Positions 43,994 to 55,894 of a DNA stretch of 64,000 nucleotides are shown one piece after another (the stretch's first letter is position 1; every line of letters starts with the position of its first letter). Origin of the DNA: Candidatus Thorarchaeota archaeon (GTDB lineage: Archaea > Asgardarchaeota > Thorarchaeia > Thorarchaeales > Thorarchaeaceae); the NCBI GenBank assembly GCA_963726195.1, contig CAVSBO010000004.1, forward strand, positions 1 through 64,000. Direction: 5' to 3'. Below the pieces are notes generated by a model. That model ran no database searches and was not told the origin of the DNA. It saw nothing but the letters and a program-made list of their open reading frames with translations. A program made the position numbers and the translations under genes.

Positions 43994-44351
43994 GTGGCAT
44001 CAACAGGTGTCTGTCCATCATGTGGCAACCAAATGAAGAGAGGATATATTGTTGCAGCCCAAGGCATGTGGTGGAACGACCACGTACCTAGCGTTATTTG
44101 TCGGAGTGGTGAGAAGCTTGCTTGGAGTTGGACGGGATGTGCATCCATTCCAGGATTCAAGTGTGACAACTGCAAATTAATCGTATGTTACCCGGGTGCG
44201 GAAACCGGCGGACAAGAGGATGAAACGTATCGCCTGTCCTCAGTGCGGCAAGACTTATTCCTTTACACATGCAAGCATGACTGAAGATGGTTCTTTGCGT
44301 TGCCCAGGCTGTGGCGATGATTTCCTGATTACCGATGCAGAAAGGCAGTGA
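43994..44351 (+). CDS. Zinc-ribbon protein (CPxCG..MxxGYI, PF20097/DUF6487-like) with a second zinc-ribbon in another frame (44220..44351)
   Basis: CPSCGNQMKRGYI...FKCDNCKLI; alternate frame MKRIACPQCGKTY...LRCPGCG. Either one frameshifted gene or two overlapping small genes. Confidence 0.65.
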
Positions 44352-44482
44352 TGGGAATTCCTCTTGTCTAACATGCACACACGCGAGCGGTGTTCAAGTC
44401 CACACGTTTTAATACGAGGGAGATTGAGTGTGGTTCAACGAAATGCTTGGAATTGAGTACCAAGCACTCCAAGGCGATGATA

Positions 44483-44884
44483 ATGAAAGGCTATGTCACT
44501 GCTATTGAGAAAGAGACCCGGAAGAACACTGATTTCCGCCGAGTGTTATACACAGGCAAGCACAGCCAACTTGTGCTCATGAATCTCAAACCCATGGAAG
44601 AGATAGGAGAAGAAGTGCACACTGATGTGGATCAGTTCTTCCGATTCGAAGCGGGAGAAGGGAAAGTCGTCATCGACGGTGTAGCGAGCCCTGTAAAGGA
44701 TGGAGACGCAGTTGTTGTCCCATCAGGCGCAAAGCACAACGTCATTAACACATCCAAGACGACTGAACTCAAACTGTATACAGTATACTCGCCTCCTGAG
44801 CATCAGGACAAGGTAGTACGCAAGACTAAGGCAGAGGCCCTAGCCAAGCCAGAGGAGTACGACGGCAAGCCTACTGAGAAGTAG
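44483..44884 (+). CDS. Cupin domain protein
   Basis: FRRVLYTGKHSQLVLM, IGEEVH..VDQFFRFEAG, VVPSGAKHNVIN, LKLYTVYSPPEH. Confidence 0.9.
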   Translation: MKGYVTAIEKETRKNTDFRRVLYTGKHSQLVLMNLKPMEEIGEEVHTDVDQFFRFEAGEGKVVIDGVASPVKDGDAVVVPSGAKHNVINTSKTTELKLYTVYSPPEHQDKVVRKTKAEALAKPEEYDGKPTEK

Positions 44885-45064
44885 AATTCGAATGCGGCGC
44901 AGCAACCTTCTGACATTGGCTGCCGCAGCCGGGCACTATTCACCGGGCCAAAGCACGACGGACCTATTCTTGAAAGCAATCTTCTTATCACGCGCTCATG
45001 CAATGCGCAATCAGTGAGGATTGAAGATACAGCTAAAGAAGCTGACGCGGTTCGGTGATTTCAT

Positions 45065-45986
45065 TTGATTGAAATTGAGAATCTGACTAGGAAGTTTGGT
45101 GATCTTACTGCGGTTGACAATCTCACATTGCATGTTGATGAGGGCGAGGTTTTCGGTTTCTTGGGACCGAACGGTGCAGGAAAGACCACTACCGTGAGGA
45201 TGCTTTGCTGCTTGATATCAAGGACCAGCGGCAAGGCTACGATAGGTGGTTTTGATATCAGTAACAAGGCTGACCAGCAGAAGATTAGAAGGATGGTCGG
45301 ATTGTTGACTGAAAACCCCGGTCTGTATGATAGCCTTAGTGCATACCAGAACCTAGATTTCTATGGTCGCCTGTACAAGATCCCTGAACAGCAGAGAAAA
45401 GAGAGAATAGATTACTTTCTCAAAATGCTTGAGCTCCAAGAGAAGAAGGACGTTGCTGCAGGAACATTCTCGAAAGGCATGAAACAGAAGCTGGCGATAG
45501 CTCGTGCCCTGATTCATGATCCTCAGGTTCTGTTCCTTGACGAACCAACGGCAAGTTTGGACCCAGAGGCCTCGAAGACTGTAAGGGACTTTATCCTTGA
45601 ACTGAAGAAAGAGAAGCGTACCATCTTTCTCAACACCCACCTTCTGGACGAAGCACAGAAAATCTGTGATAGAGTCGGGATACTGAAGACAAAGCTGAAT
45701 AGCTGTGGGCTCTCCGCAAGAGCTCGGACGGCCGCTTTTTGCGCGGAAGATTGTGGTTCAACTCGACCGTGTTAACGATGCAATTGTGGCGGCTGTGAAG
45801 AGAGTCGAGCCGGGCAAGATTGAGGTAGCTGGTAATCAGATTACCATCGAGGTCACTAACCCCGAAACGGAGAATCCTACCATAATCGACGCAATTAGAG
45901 CAGCTGGCGGACGAATCCAGTTTGTCAACGAACTTACTCCTAGTTTGGAGGATACTTATCTGAAATTGATCAGGGGTGGAAAATAA
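45065..45986 (+). CDS. ABC transporter ATP-binding protein; frameshift near 45700
   Basis: GPNGAGKTT, FSKGMKQK, LFLDEPT, H-loop NTHLL, C-terminal PSLEDTYL. Confidence 0.92.
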
Positions 45987-45988
45987 GA

Positions 45989-46724
45989 ATGGACCTAGGA
46001 ATCTCGTGGACAATCACGAAGAAAGACTTCAGCACATTTAGGAAACACAAGTACATTATCTACACATTGGTTCTTGTTCCACTCTTAATATCGATTCTCC
46101 TGCCCACAGTTATGTGGTACGTGCTTCAGAGGGGCGGGCCTCAGTCGTTAATCGTCCCGCAGCTGCTGGACGCATTTTCCTTCATCTTCGTTATATTGCC
46201 GGGCATTATACCGGCGACTATTGGTTCTTACAGCATCGTGGGCGAAAAGGTCGAGAAAAGTCTAGAACCACTTCTGGCGACACCAATAACCGACGGTGAG
46301 CTCTTGCTGGGAAAGGCGATCGCAGGTTTCCTGCCCACTCTGTTATCTACGTGGGGGGACTGTGGTATTCATGACCCTACAGGACGTGATAACTTACAAT
46401 CGGGTCTTCGATTATCTGTATTTTCCGAACTGGAACGTCGCAATCGTTCTATTGCTTGCCGTTCCACTCGTGTGCGCTCTGAGCGTTGGTCTGAACGTAG
46501 TCATCTCTTCCAGAACTAGCGACATAAGGACTGCTCAGCAGCTGGGATACGCTCTGCTTATCCCTTTTTTGGCTGTCTACATCTTGTTCGAAACCGGTAT
46601 CATTACATACGACCAAGACAGCTTGCTAATGATTTCGGGCATTTGCTTGATACTGGTCCTGCTCGTGATGTTCTTAGCCCGAGCCGTATTCCGCAGGGAA
46701 GAGATACTCACAAAATGGAAGTAA
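45989..46724 (+). CDS. ABC-2 type transporter permease; frameshift near 46355
   Basis: SYSIVGEKVEKSLEPLLATPITDGELLLGK, ISSRTSDIRTAQQ, FRREEILTKWK. Confidence 0.88.
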
Positions 46725-46845
46725 TCGCCGCTTGAATCAGGTGCTTCGCTGAGGTTGTGAGATTGCAGGCCATTTCCCAAGAACAATGACGTGAGCTCTT
46801 CGTATTGGTCGGATGATGGAGACGGGAAAGCCGGCGCGAGAAGTT

Positions 46846-47658
46846 TCACGTAGTCGAAGGATGTTTAGGTGGAACCAGCCGCATGACGATTAGGCCCATG
46901 ATAAGAGCCAGTGGGAACGGGACAATTACACTAAACCATAACTGTAGACTCAGAAGGTACACTGTCACGAATAACACGCAACAAGAAACTAGACACACGA
47001 TATCAGACCGAACCTTGGCGCTTTCGGTTGCGGTTCCAAGGCGAGTCCTCCAAACAATAGCGCCTATGACAAGGAATAATGCAAGCGGGATCAGCACACC
47101 GAACCCGGACGGTCCACCCAACAAGTATGGAAGTGCTAGTAGTAGCACACACGATGGAACCAGACATATGATTCCGAATACATTGGTCCTTTCCCTCGTT
47201 GTGGTGCCTCGGTAGAGCCTCCAAAGCTGGCCCGTGAAAACAAGCTGAGGCACAGTCACGAAAATGAATGCAATGATTCCAATTTCCGGAGCACTCTGCA
47301 CATAGGTTAGGCCGCTAGTCAAGGGAATGTAAAACTCGCCGAAGGTGCCAAAGAGTATGAGCACATAAGGAATGTACAAACAGAAACCGGGAGCCGCGAA
47401 CGCGAGTAACGCCAACATGAATGCTACTCTGTTCATGTTCAAAGGTCGGTGAATCTGTGCACCCAATAGTAATAGAATGACGGGTGCGACGAGCAGCCAG
47501 TAGAGAACTGGCACCAAGAAGTAGCAAGTTAAGAGAACCAACAAAACGAACAAGAGCAGCAGTGGAAAACCATAGTTCCTTTGCCTCTTTTCCACAGGAC
47601 GCGACTCGGCTGGGCTCTCCGTCATTTTTCCTCCCCTTTTGTAAGCGGGGCAGATCAT
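46846..47658 (-). CDS. Hypothetical multi-pass membrane protein
   Basis: Long hydrophobic ORF with several TM segments, ending PFPLALIMGLIVMRLVPP. Confidence 0.7.
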   Translation of the reverse strand: MICPAYKRGGKMTESPAESRPVEKRQRNYGFPLLLLFVLLVLLTCYFLVPVLYWLLVAPVILLLLGAQIHRPLNMNRVAFMLALLAFAAPGFCLYIPYVLILFGTFGEFYIPLTSGLTYVQSAPEIGIIAFIFVTVPQLVFTGQLWRLYRGTTTRERTNVFGIICLVPSCVLLLALPYLLGGPSGFGVLIPLALFLVIGAIVWRTRLGTATESAKVRSDIVCLVSCCVLFVTVYLLSLQLWFSVIVPFPLALIMGLIVMRLVPPKHPSTT

Positions 47659-47796
47659 AGCCCAAATAATCCTTCCGTTCGTGGAAATCGTACTATTCGG
47701 AACCCTGTCAGAAATCCGCGTTCACCAATCTTGATACTGCGTGTCTCTCTGTTGCGAGTTCCGAGGATGTGATTGGTAGACCTCCAAGAGGTGATC

Positions 47797-48426
47797 CTAG
47801 AGACGAATGCGAGGCTTCGGACTTTGACAGTCTTCACGCGGTGAGGAACGTTGAGGTGGAAACAGCCACAAGACGATTAGACCAATGATGAGCGCAAACG
47901 GGAGCGGGAAGACACTGAAGGCTCGGGTGGTGGAATCAGGACGTACACAAGCAAGAGCATCATTCAAAACGGGACTTACTACAATACGCCAGAATCGCAT
48001 TGCGTATTTAGAAGTGGCCCCTTCGAAGTATCTCGAGAGGATTGCTAGGGAAATGATTTGGGGAATAACCTGTAGTCCAGTCAATACAATTCCCGTCGCG
48101 ATGTCGCCAAACATTGAGACGTATCCGTTGCTGAAGCGCATCCATATAGTTCCGAATGACCCGAAGAGAGCAATCATCTGGGACTAAGGCCGGCAGCAGA
48201 AGGCGCAACAACAGAAGGCAAATCACTGTGAGTGCCACTTTGTTTATGTCGAGCGGTTGACGTAGTTCCATGACCAACAGAATCAGAAACAAGGGGGCAC
48301 GATTATACAAGAGAGATGCTGTGCGAAGATGATACAGAGAAGAAGGACAACTGCAGCACAGAGGGCTAGCAGTTCAAAGTTGGAGTCTGCCGTTGGTCGC
48401 TCGGCTTCAACGGGCGCCCCACTCAC
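47797..48426 (-). pseudogene. Paralog of the adjacent membrane protein, split by several indels (error or decay)
   Basis: Fragments share LRQPLDINKVA / IHRPLNMNRVA, ALFGSFG / ILFGTFG, VIPQI / TVPQL and PLPFALIIGLIV / PFPLALIMGLIV. Confidence 0.55.
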
Positions 48427-48705
48427 GCTCTCAGTAGGCTTTGCACGGAATTGACTCTCGCGCGTTCCATTCTTCGCAGTGGGCAATACTCTGGAGTTGC
48501 CAGAATAGGGAAATACAATGGAACCTACATGCTCAGATGCCGCATACCTCACTCCTGCCATCGGCTTGGCAGGATGCCCCATAAGCGTTCCGGTCTGAGG
48601 GTGTTATACTGATACAGATAGCGTATAGCTTGTCAGGACAGAAGTGCTGGACAGAACACTCAAATCACTATGTCGCTAGCGCGAGCACACTAGGTGAAAC
48701 ATTCC

Positions 48706-50255
48706 ATGCCAGATGACAGGTTTGGGCAACTTCAGAAGAAACGAGACGAACCAAACTCGGCGGCGAGGACCGATCAAAACAACATGAGGCCGGAAAGTAT
48801 ACAGCACGAGAGCGAATTGAGAAGCTGCTTGACCCGGGTTCTTTCGTCGAGTTTGACGAGTTCGTCGTTCATCGATGAAACTGACTTTGGACATGGACAA
48901 GAAGAAGATACTCGGCGACGGCGTCATCACCGGATGCGGCACAATCGACGGCCGAAAGGTGTTCATCTTCAGTCAGGACTTCACGGTCTTTGGCGGTTCG
49001 CTGTCTGAGATGTATGGGCTCAAAATATGCAAAGTCATGGATATGGCAATGGCAGACGGGAGCGCCCATGATAGGGCTAAATGATCGGCGCAGGTGCGCA
49101 GAGTCCAAGAGGGTCGTCAAAGTCTGCTGGCCTCGTATGCGTGTATTTTCCTCAGAAACACCCTATGCAGTGGCGTAATTCCCCAAATCTCGGCTATCAT
49201 GGGTCCTTGTGCAGGAGGAGCCGTTTACAGCCCCGCGGTGACCGATTTCACGCTTATGGTAAAGAACACATCCCACATGTTCATCACCGGCCCGGATGTT
49301 ATCAAGACGGTCACAGGCGAGGAGGTCACGATGGAGGAGCTGGGCGGTGCAATGACCCACAACTCGATTTCGGGTGTCGCCAGTTTTGCCAGTGAGAATG
49401 AGGAAGAGTGCTTTGCTCAAATACGGAAGCTCCTGAGCTATATGCCAAGCAATAATCTTGAGGAGCCGCCTCGCGTCAGCACGGGTCACGCACCTGATAA
49501 TGTCGATATGTCCGTTGACGAAGTTGTGCCTGATGATCCCAACAAACCATACGACATGCGCGATGTAGTCACAAAGGTAGTCGACAATGGTGAGTTCTTT
49601 GAGGTCCACGAGCACTGGGCGAAGAACATGATCGTGGGCTTTGCTCGCTTCGATGGTCGCTCAGTAGGCATTGTCGGGAACCAGCCCGCTCATCTTGCCG
49701 GAACCATTGACATCGATGCCTCGGACAAGTGCGCTCGATTTGTCAGGTTCTGTGACGCGTTCAACATCCCTCTCATTACGTTCATGGACGTGCCAGGTTA
49801 TCTCCCGGGGACAACACAGGAGTGGGGAGGAATAATCCGGCATGGTGCGAAGATTCTCTACGCCTTCAGTGAGGCAACAGTTCCCAAAATCACGATCATT
49901 ACTCGTAAGGCCTACGGCGGCGCGTATGACGTGATGAGCAGCAAGCACATCGGGGCTGACCTTGGTTTACGCTTGGCCGACCTCAGAGATTGCCGTAATG
50001 GGTCCGGACGGTGCGATCAACATCATCTTCAGAAAGGAGATTGATGAGGCCAAGAACAAGGAGAAGCGACGTGCTGAGCTCGTGAAGGAGTATCGCGACA
50101 AGTTCGCGAACCCTTACATTGCTGCGGAACTTGGCTACATTGACAAGGTGATTTTCCCTCACGAGACTCGGCCACTAATCTGTAAGGGACTGGAAATGCT
50201 TGCCAGCAAGAGGCAGAGCAGGCCGCCCAAGAAGCATGGCAACATCCCGCTATAG
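48706..50255 (+). CDS. pccB: Acyl-CoA (propionyl/methylmalonyl-CoA) carboxyltransferase beta subunit; multiple indels in the 5' part and one near 49962
   Basis: [103 protein letters not shown]. Confidence 0.9.
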
Positions 50256-50338
50256 GTTGTCCATAGACGGTTCTAAGTCTCGGGCGGCGTTCCTCTCTCT
50301 GTCTGCTCTAGTGTTACTGGCTCACGACTCACCCGCGC

Positions 50339-53300
50339 CTAGCACCGGGGATACTGTTTGGCCACGTGGCTCACGACAGGAAGCGTGTACCAAGAGTAGT
50401 AAGTTCCCGAAGCCTGCACAACAGTGCTGAAGGTGTAGCTTTCGACATGGAAGTTGCCCGGTGATTTCCACACGGAGCCTGTCAGATCGAATTCCATGGC
50501 CACTGAAACAAACACTCTTGCTCCGGACGGAACGTTGGTTACGGTGATCGCATGCCCGTCAAAAGACACCGACACACTATCGTAAGACCTGGGATATAGG
50601 ACAATTCCGCCACGGCATGTGCAGTTCATGTACACATACATGAGCACCTGGTGGCCCGAAGGCAAGACCAACCAGACAGTGAGGCCTCTCATCGTAAAGT
50701 CCGAGGGCAAGCTGGGTGCAATGCTGAGAGTTGGAATCGATTCTGAAAGCTCGCTCTTCACGTCGATGTTGTACCAAAGCAGCCAGCTGCCCGTCATCAG
50801 AACGTAGCCTGCTCGTCGGTTATAGATGAAATAGACGTCGAGTGAATCCAATGGGGCGTACTTGCATGGAGGATAGGGATAGAACGATACGAATGAGGTG
50901 ACTTCGACCTCCGTCAACGTGAATACGGTTGACTTGGATAATTCCTCATTGCCTGCGTTGTCGACGCTATAGTAGTCAATCACGTTCATGCCAGCTGCGG
51001 CTGCGAAGTGGAAGGGCTCAGAGTACTCGATCCAGTCGGCTCCTATCCTGTAGTAGGTGTATGCCACGCCCGACATCGAGTCGGTTGCTGTCAGCGATAT
51101 CATGCCAGTTGTATGGTACGATTCGGTGCTCAGTTCTGTATCTGGGGGAGTCATGTCAATGTTGATATCAATTGCCTTCACTTTCTCGGTATTGCCCGCT
51201 GCATCGACACTGAAGAAGTAGAGCTTGAAAGTGCCTTCAGATGTCAGGTCGAACACTGTGACATAGGCGTTCCATGTGGCATTGTCGAAGCTGTAGTACG
51301 TGATTGAAATGCCCGAGATAGGGTCAGTTCCAACAAGTGTCACGTTGACATCCGATACGTACCAACCCAGATTTCCCACTTCGCCCTGCAGAACAGCCAC
51401 AGTTGTTGGAGGGCTCATGTCAATCGGGATGCTCATCAGTGCAGGGGTCTCCATGTTGCCAGCATAGTCCACCGATCGGTAGCAGAGACTTGTCGTTCCT
51501 TCGGTTCGAATAGCGATGGGTTCCGAGTAGGTGAACCAAGTATTGCCATCAAAGCTGTATTCACTGCAGGCAGTCCCTGAGGTCATGTCGGTGGCTGCGA
51601 GAACAACAGTGACTTCGGAAACATACCAGCCATTCGACCCGAGTCCACCTTGGATATCTGCCGTTGTTGTGGGTGAAGACTTATCTATGAGCAAGGTGAC
51701 TGACTGCGAAGCTTCTCTGTTGCCCGCGTTGTCGTAAGAGTAGTAAGCAATGTTCCAGATGCCTTCCTGAGCAATGACGAATGGCCCAGTATAATCGGTC
51801 CAGGTGAGGCCATCCAGCGAGTACACGACGCGTGCAATGCCCGATTCGCCATCGCTCGGTGTCAGTCTGACAGCAACGTCAGAAAGGTACCAATTGTTTT
51901 GTCCCGCTGTTCCACTTGAGCTCTACAGTCGTGACAGGCCTTGTCATATCGATAGAGACTGTGATGGACTGCATATCCTCTGTACTGCCCACATTATCGG
52001 CCGAATAGAAGTAGATGGTGAACACTCCATCGTTGTAGAACGTTAGAGGGTACTCATAGGTCGACCATGTAGTCTGATCAAAGCTATATTCTGTGTCAGC
52101 GACTCCTGAATAGCTGTCAGTCGGGACCAGTGTCATGGTCACCGCAGAGGTATACCAGTCGTTCAGTCCCAACTTACCATCGAGTATCGCAACCGTGGTC
52201 GGAGGGCTTCTATCAATTCCGAACGTCACGGAGTGCGCATCCTCTACATTTCCCGCTAAGTCCATGGACCTGAATGCGATCTCATGATTGCCGTCTTTAG
52301 TGATTGTCAGGGGCCCAGAGTATACAGTCCAGGCACCGCCATCAATGCTGCATTCACTGTAGGCGACTCCAGAAATCTCATCCGTTGCAGACAGAGTCAC
52401 TGTTACATCTGAAACATACCAACCCGCAGGCGGAAGGTTCCCTTCGATTGCTGCTGTGGTGACAGGAGAAATCATGTCAATCTGGACCGCCTCGAATCTT
52501 GACAGCTCGGTGTTGCCTGCATGGTCACTAGAGCAAAACAGTACTATGTGCACTCCTGTGCCTGAGAGCGTGATAGGACCATTGTATGTGGACCAGCTTA
52601 TGCCATCGTAGCTGTATTGGGTATCAGCGACTCCAGAAGCGCTGTCGCTAGCTGCCAAGGTTAGAGTGACGTCAGAACGATACCATCCGCCGGGACCAAG
52701 TATCCCGTCCAGACTGGCCATGGTAATCGGGGCGTTTGTATCAACCCGCACACTTTCGGTCTGGGTACTCTCTACATTGCCTGCTATGTCAGCTGACCTG
52801 AATGTCAACTGGTGCTGCCCGTCCTGAGATACTACGAACGGTCCATTATACACGACCCAGTCAGCGCCATCGATACTGTATTCCGTGTAAGCAATACCCG
52901 ATACTGCATCCTCCGAGGACAAGGTCACAGTCACGCACGAGAAATACCACCCCTCTAGGCCCAGGTTACCATCCAGACTTACTTCGGTCACTGGGGATGA
53001 CATGTCGATGTTGATTGTTACATTGTGGATCGACTCCGTGTTGCCAGCGAAATCCCTTGAGCAGTAGTAGATGATGGTACTCCCTTCAGAGCTCACATAG
53101 ATCGTTCCATAGTAGTCGGGCCACATGTACTTATCAAAGGAGTATGCCGTTTCAGAGACTCCACTGCTATCGTCCGAAGCTGACAGACTTATCTGGACAG
53201 GTGATGTATACCAGCCACTCAGTCCTGCCACGCCGGTCAACGCTACCGTTGTTACAGGTGGAATCATGTCCTCTCCAGGGGTATCAGTAGCTGGTGCCTC

Positions 53301-53426
53301 CGGAACCGTAACCCTCAAGGGATTCTCTGGGTTTCGCTGGGGCGTTATGGACGCCGTGTACTGAAGCCCAAGAAACAAGACTGCTACTACGATTGCAATC
53401 GCAGCCGTCTCTGAAATCCTATGCAA
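50339..53426 (-). CDS. Secreted surface protein with about nine ~90-aa OmpL47-type/Ig-like repeats; frameshift near 51910
   Basis: Signal peptide; repeat consensus D..PP.T...L.G..G..GWY.S.V.VTL.A.D..SGVA.T.YS.DG..W..Y..P......G.H.I...S.D.AGN.E. Confidence 0.85.
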
Positions 53427-53830
53427 CGCTCAGTTTCCTCCAATGAACGACGCTGAATCGAGTCCAGCGCCAAAAGGTGGGGGCCTTGGGCCTTCGTGCT
53501 CAGACTCAATACTCAGGGGATGAGGCGGGTTTGGTGCGTGATAGTCGGTTCGTAATACCTATTATGATATAATCTTTCGGACAGCCAACTAATGGTCGGG
53601 CTGGATGGCTAAGGACTCGTACTTGAGCCAGATGAATTATTTCGGACGATTTTCGGTTAACCTATGAGAAGGCAAATAACGGTCGGGGCTAATGCGCAAA
53701 CTGTGCCGTCGTGACCGCGTTCTCAAATCCCAAAGCCCCGCCCCCGGACTCTGCTATTTGCCAATCCTTTTCTCAATACGTTTCAAGGGGTACTATGTGA
53801 CAGACGCGCAGTGTTTGCCGAGGTTCGGAA

Positions 53831-54998
53831 ATGACTCGAGAATCTACATACATGGGTAGCTACCAAGGATACGAAGTAGGTCCAATAAGGCCGCCGAGCG
53901 AGGCCGAGAGCTTTCTGATTCGTGTAACACGCAACTGCGAGTGGAATCGTTGCACGTTCTGTCCTGTATACAAAGGGTCTTCGTTTTCCAGACGGTCGTC
54001 CGAAGATATCACGAGGGACATTGACCTCGTAGGCAAGCATCTGAACGGCCTACGGGAAACCTTCAACGAGCCCTCTCTTATGACAGGTCCCGAGCTGAAG
54101 GCTATAGTCAACAGAGTAGCCGCCGGAGAATCGGCGGCGTTCAATGCCGCGTTCTATTGGTTTGTGAACGGAATGAGGAATGTGTTTCTGCAGGACTCGG
54201 ATGCTCTTGCCACGGAGCCCTCGGTGCTAATCAAGATTCTGCGACACCTTAGGGAGAGTTTCCCTTCGATTGAGCGCATCACGTCTTACAGCCGATCAAG
54301 CACCATAGTTCGGATTAGAGAAGATGACTTGAAGGACATGCGAACTGCGGGACTCAATAGGATACATGTCGGTCTAGAATCAGGTTCGGACAAGGTCCTG
54401 AAGATGGTCAAGAAAGGCGCATCGAAGGAAATGCATCTGAAGGCAGGGCTGAAGGTCAAGAATGCTGGCATGGAGTTGTCGGAATACGTAATGCCCGGAT
54501 TGGGCGGTATTGAGTTGTCCGAAGAGCACGCTCTGGAGACTGCGGATGCACTCAATCAGATAGACCCTGACTTCATACGTCTGCGGACACTGGCAGTTTC
54601 GGATCGGGCGCCTCTGAGCGTGGACCGCACGTCGGGTCGTTTCCAAATGTGTCCAGATACCATGATTGTGAAGGAAATCAGGACCCTGATTGAGAACCTC
54701 CACGGCATCGACAGCGTCGTCAAGAGCGACCACATACTGAATCTGTTCGAGGATATTGAGGGAAAGTTGCCGCAAGATAGAGAGCCAATGCTCGCAGTCC
54801 TAGATGAGTTTCTGAACATGGAGCCGCAGAGAACAAGACCTGTACCGAATTGGCAGAAGGCTTGGCGTTTTCTTGAGCTTGAAGGACCTCAGTGATCCCG
54901 AGCGCGTTTCTCGAGTCAAGCAAATCTGCCAAGCCAATGGAATAACGTCCGAAAACATCGAATCGGTGATTGACAGGTTGTTGCAGAGTTTCATCTGA
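53831..54998 (+). CDS. Radical SAM protein; frameshift near 54835
   Basis: GPIRPPSEA.S...VTRNCEWNRCTFC, FLQDSD, HVGLESGSD, YVMPGLGG, PDFIRLRTL, SDHILN; shifted tail LYRIGRRLG...SFI*. Confidence 0.88.
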
Positions 54999-55176
54999 GA
55001 CGGCACACAGAACTAATCAACTTGACAAATGGTTAATGAAAGGAAAGTCATTCAAGGCTGCACGTCTTGAATTAGAATGAGGAGATTATCCTCATGCTCT
55101 CGCTCTGGAGCCGCTGCCATCGAAGACGACATAAAGCCAAACATGAGTTCGAGCGAGCAAGAGTTATTATGCAAAC

Positions 55177-55662
55177 GTGCTCGTATTTGTCTTGGTCGTG
55201 AATATCTTGTCAAAGAGCGGACTGTTCCCGGATGAGGCTGTCGACCTCAAGATGAGCTGTAAGTTCGAAGGGTCGAATGGAGAACTGGTAGTAACTGATA
55301 GAAGAGTGTTCTTCGTAAAACCCCGAGGTCTCGTGCACTCTATCAATTTCGGAGATATCACGCAAATGAAGGTCGAACCGGCTTTCCTAGGGGTGCAACT
55401 CGTGATCCTGACAGTCAGCGGCCCGTACAAGTATACTTGTAACAAGGTCGAAGGAGAAAGCGTTGTCCGTGCAATCGCGATGCGCAAGACTCAGGGTCCA
55501 AGCCGCCAGTTCCAGCCTGGAACTCAGTTCCAGCCTGTGACTATCGCTCAACCTGTTACACAACAGATTGTCAAAGAAGTGGTGCTTGTAGTCTGTCCCC
55601 ATTGTGGGGCGAGGAACGACGCCAGCAACAGAAAATGCGATAACTGCGGGGCTTCGATTTAG
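55177..55662 (+). CDS. Small protein with PH-like N-domain and C-terminal zinc ribbon (true start probably near 55222-55252)
   Basis: GELVVTDRRVFF...I..DIT (bacterial PH-like pattern), Q/P-rich linker, CPHCG...KCDNCGA. Confidence 0.7.
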   Translation: MLVFVLVVNILSKSGLFPDEAVDLKMSCKFEGSNGELVVTDRRVFFVKPRGLVHSINFGDITQMKVEPAFLGVQLVILTVSGPYKYTCNKVEGESVVRAIAMRKTQGPSRQFQPGTQFQPVTIAQPVTQQIVKEVVLVVCPHCGARNDASNRKCDNCGASI

Positions 55663-55894
55663 CCGGCGCGATTGTCCCGGACATAGGATCAGGCTTCATT
55701 GTCCCTCCCGTGGATTTGTTGTCATCCGAGGGCGCGAGGACACTAACATGTATATACGAGTGAACGTTAAATCCCAAAAGCTTCAAGCCAAAGGTGCGGT
55801 AGTCTGCGCCACATGCAGGTTCCGTGCTCGAAGGGACCCCCACGGAATCTGACTGCTCGGTCTGAACATTGCCGAATGTACAAGGTGATTGAGA

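Noticed and set aside
48876-48878. In-frame TGA at a position that is often Cys in PccB (HRC), suggesting selenocysteine
   Set aside because: It lies in the most indel-rich stretch, the frame breaks immediately after it, the position is not catalytic and no SECIS is evident.
53668-53715. c-di-GMP-I riboswitch (GGCAAA...GCGCAAA)
   Set aside because: It lacks the GNRA-capped stem and receptor helix; only short motif similarity.
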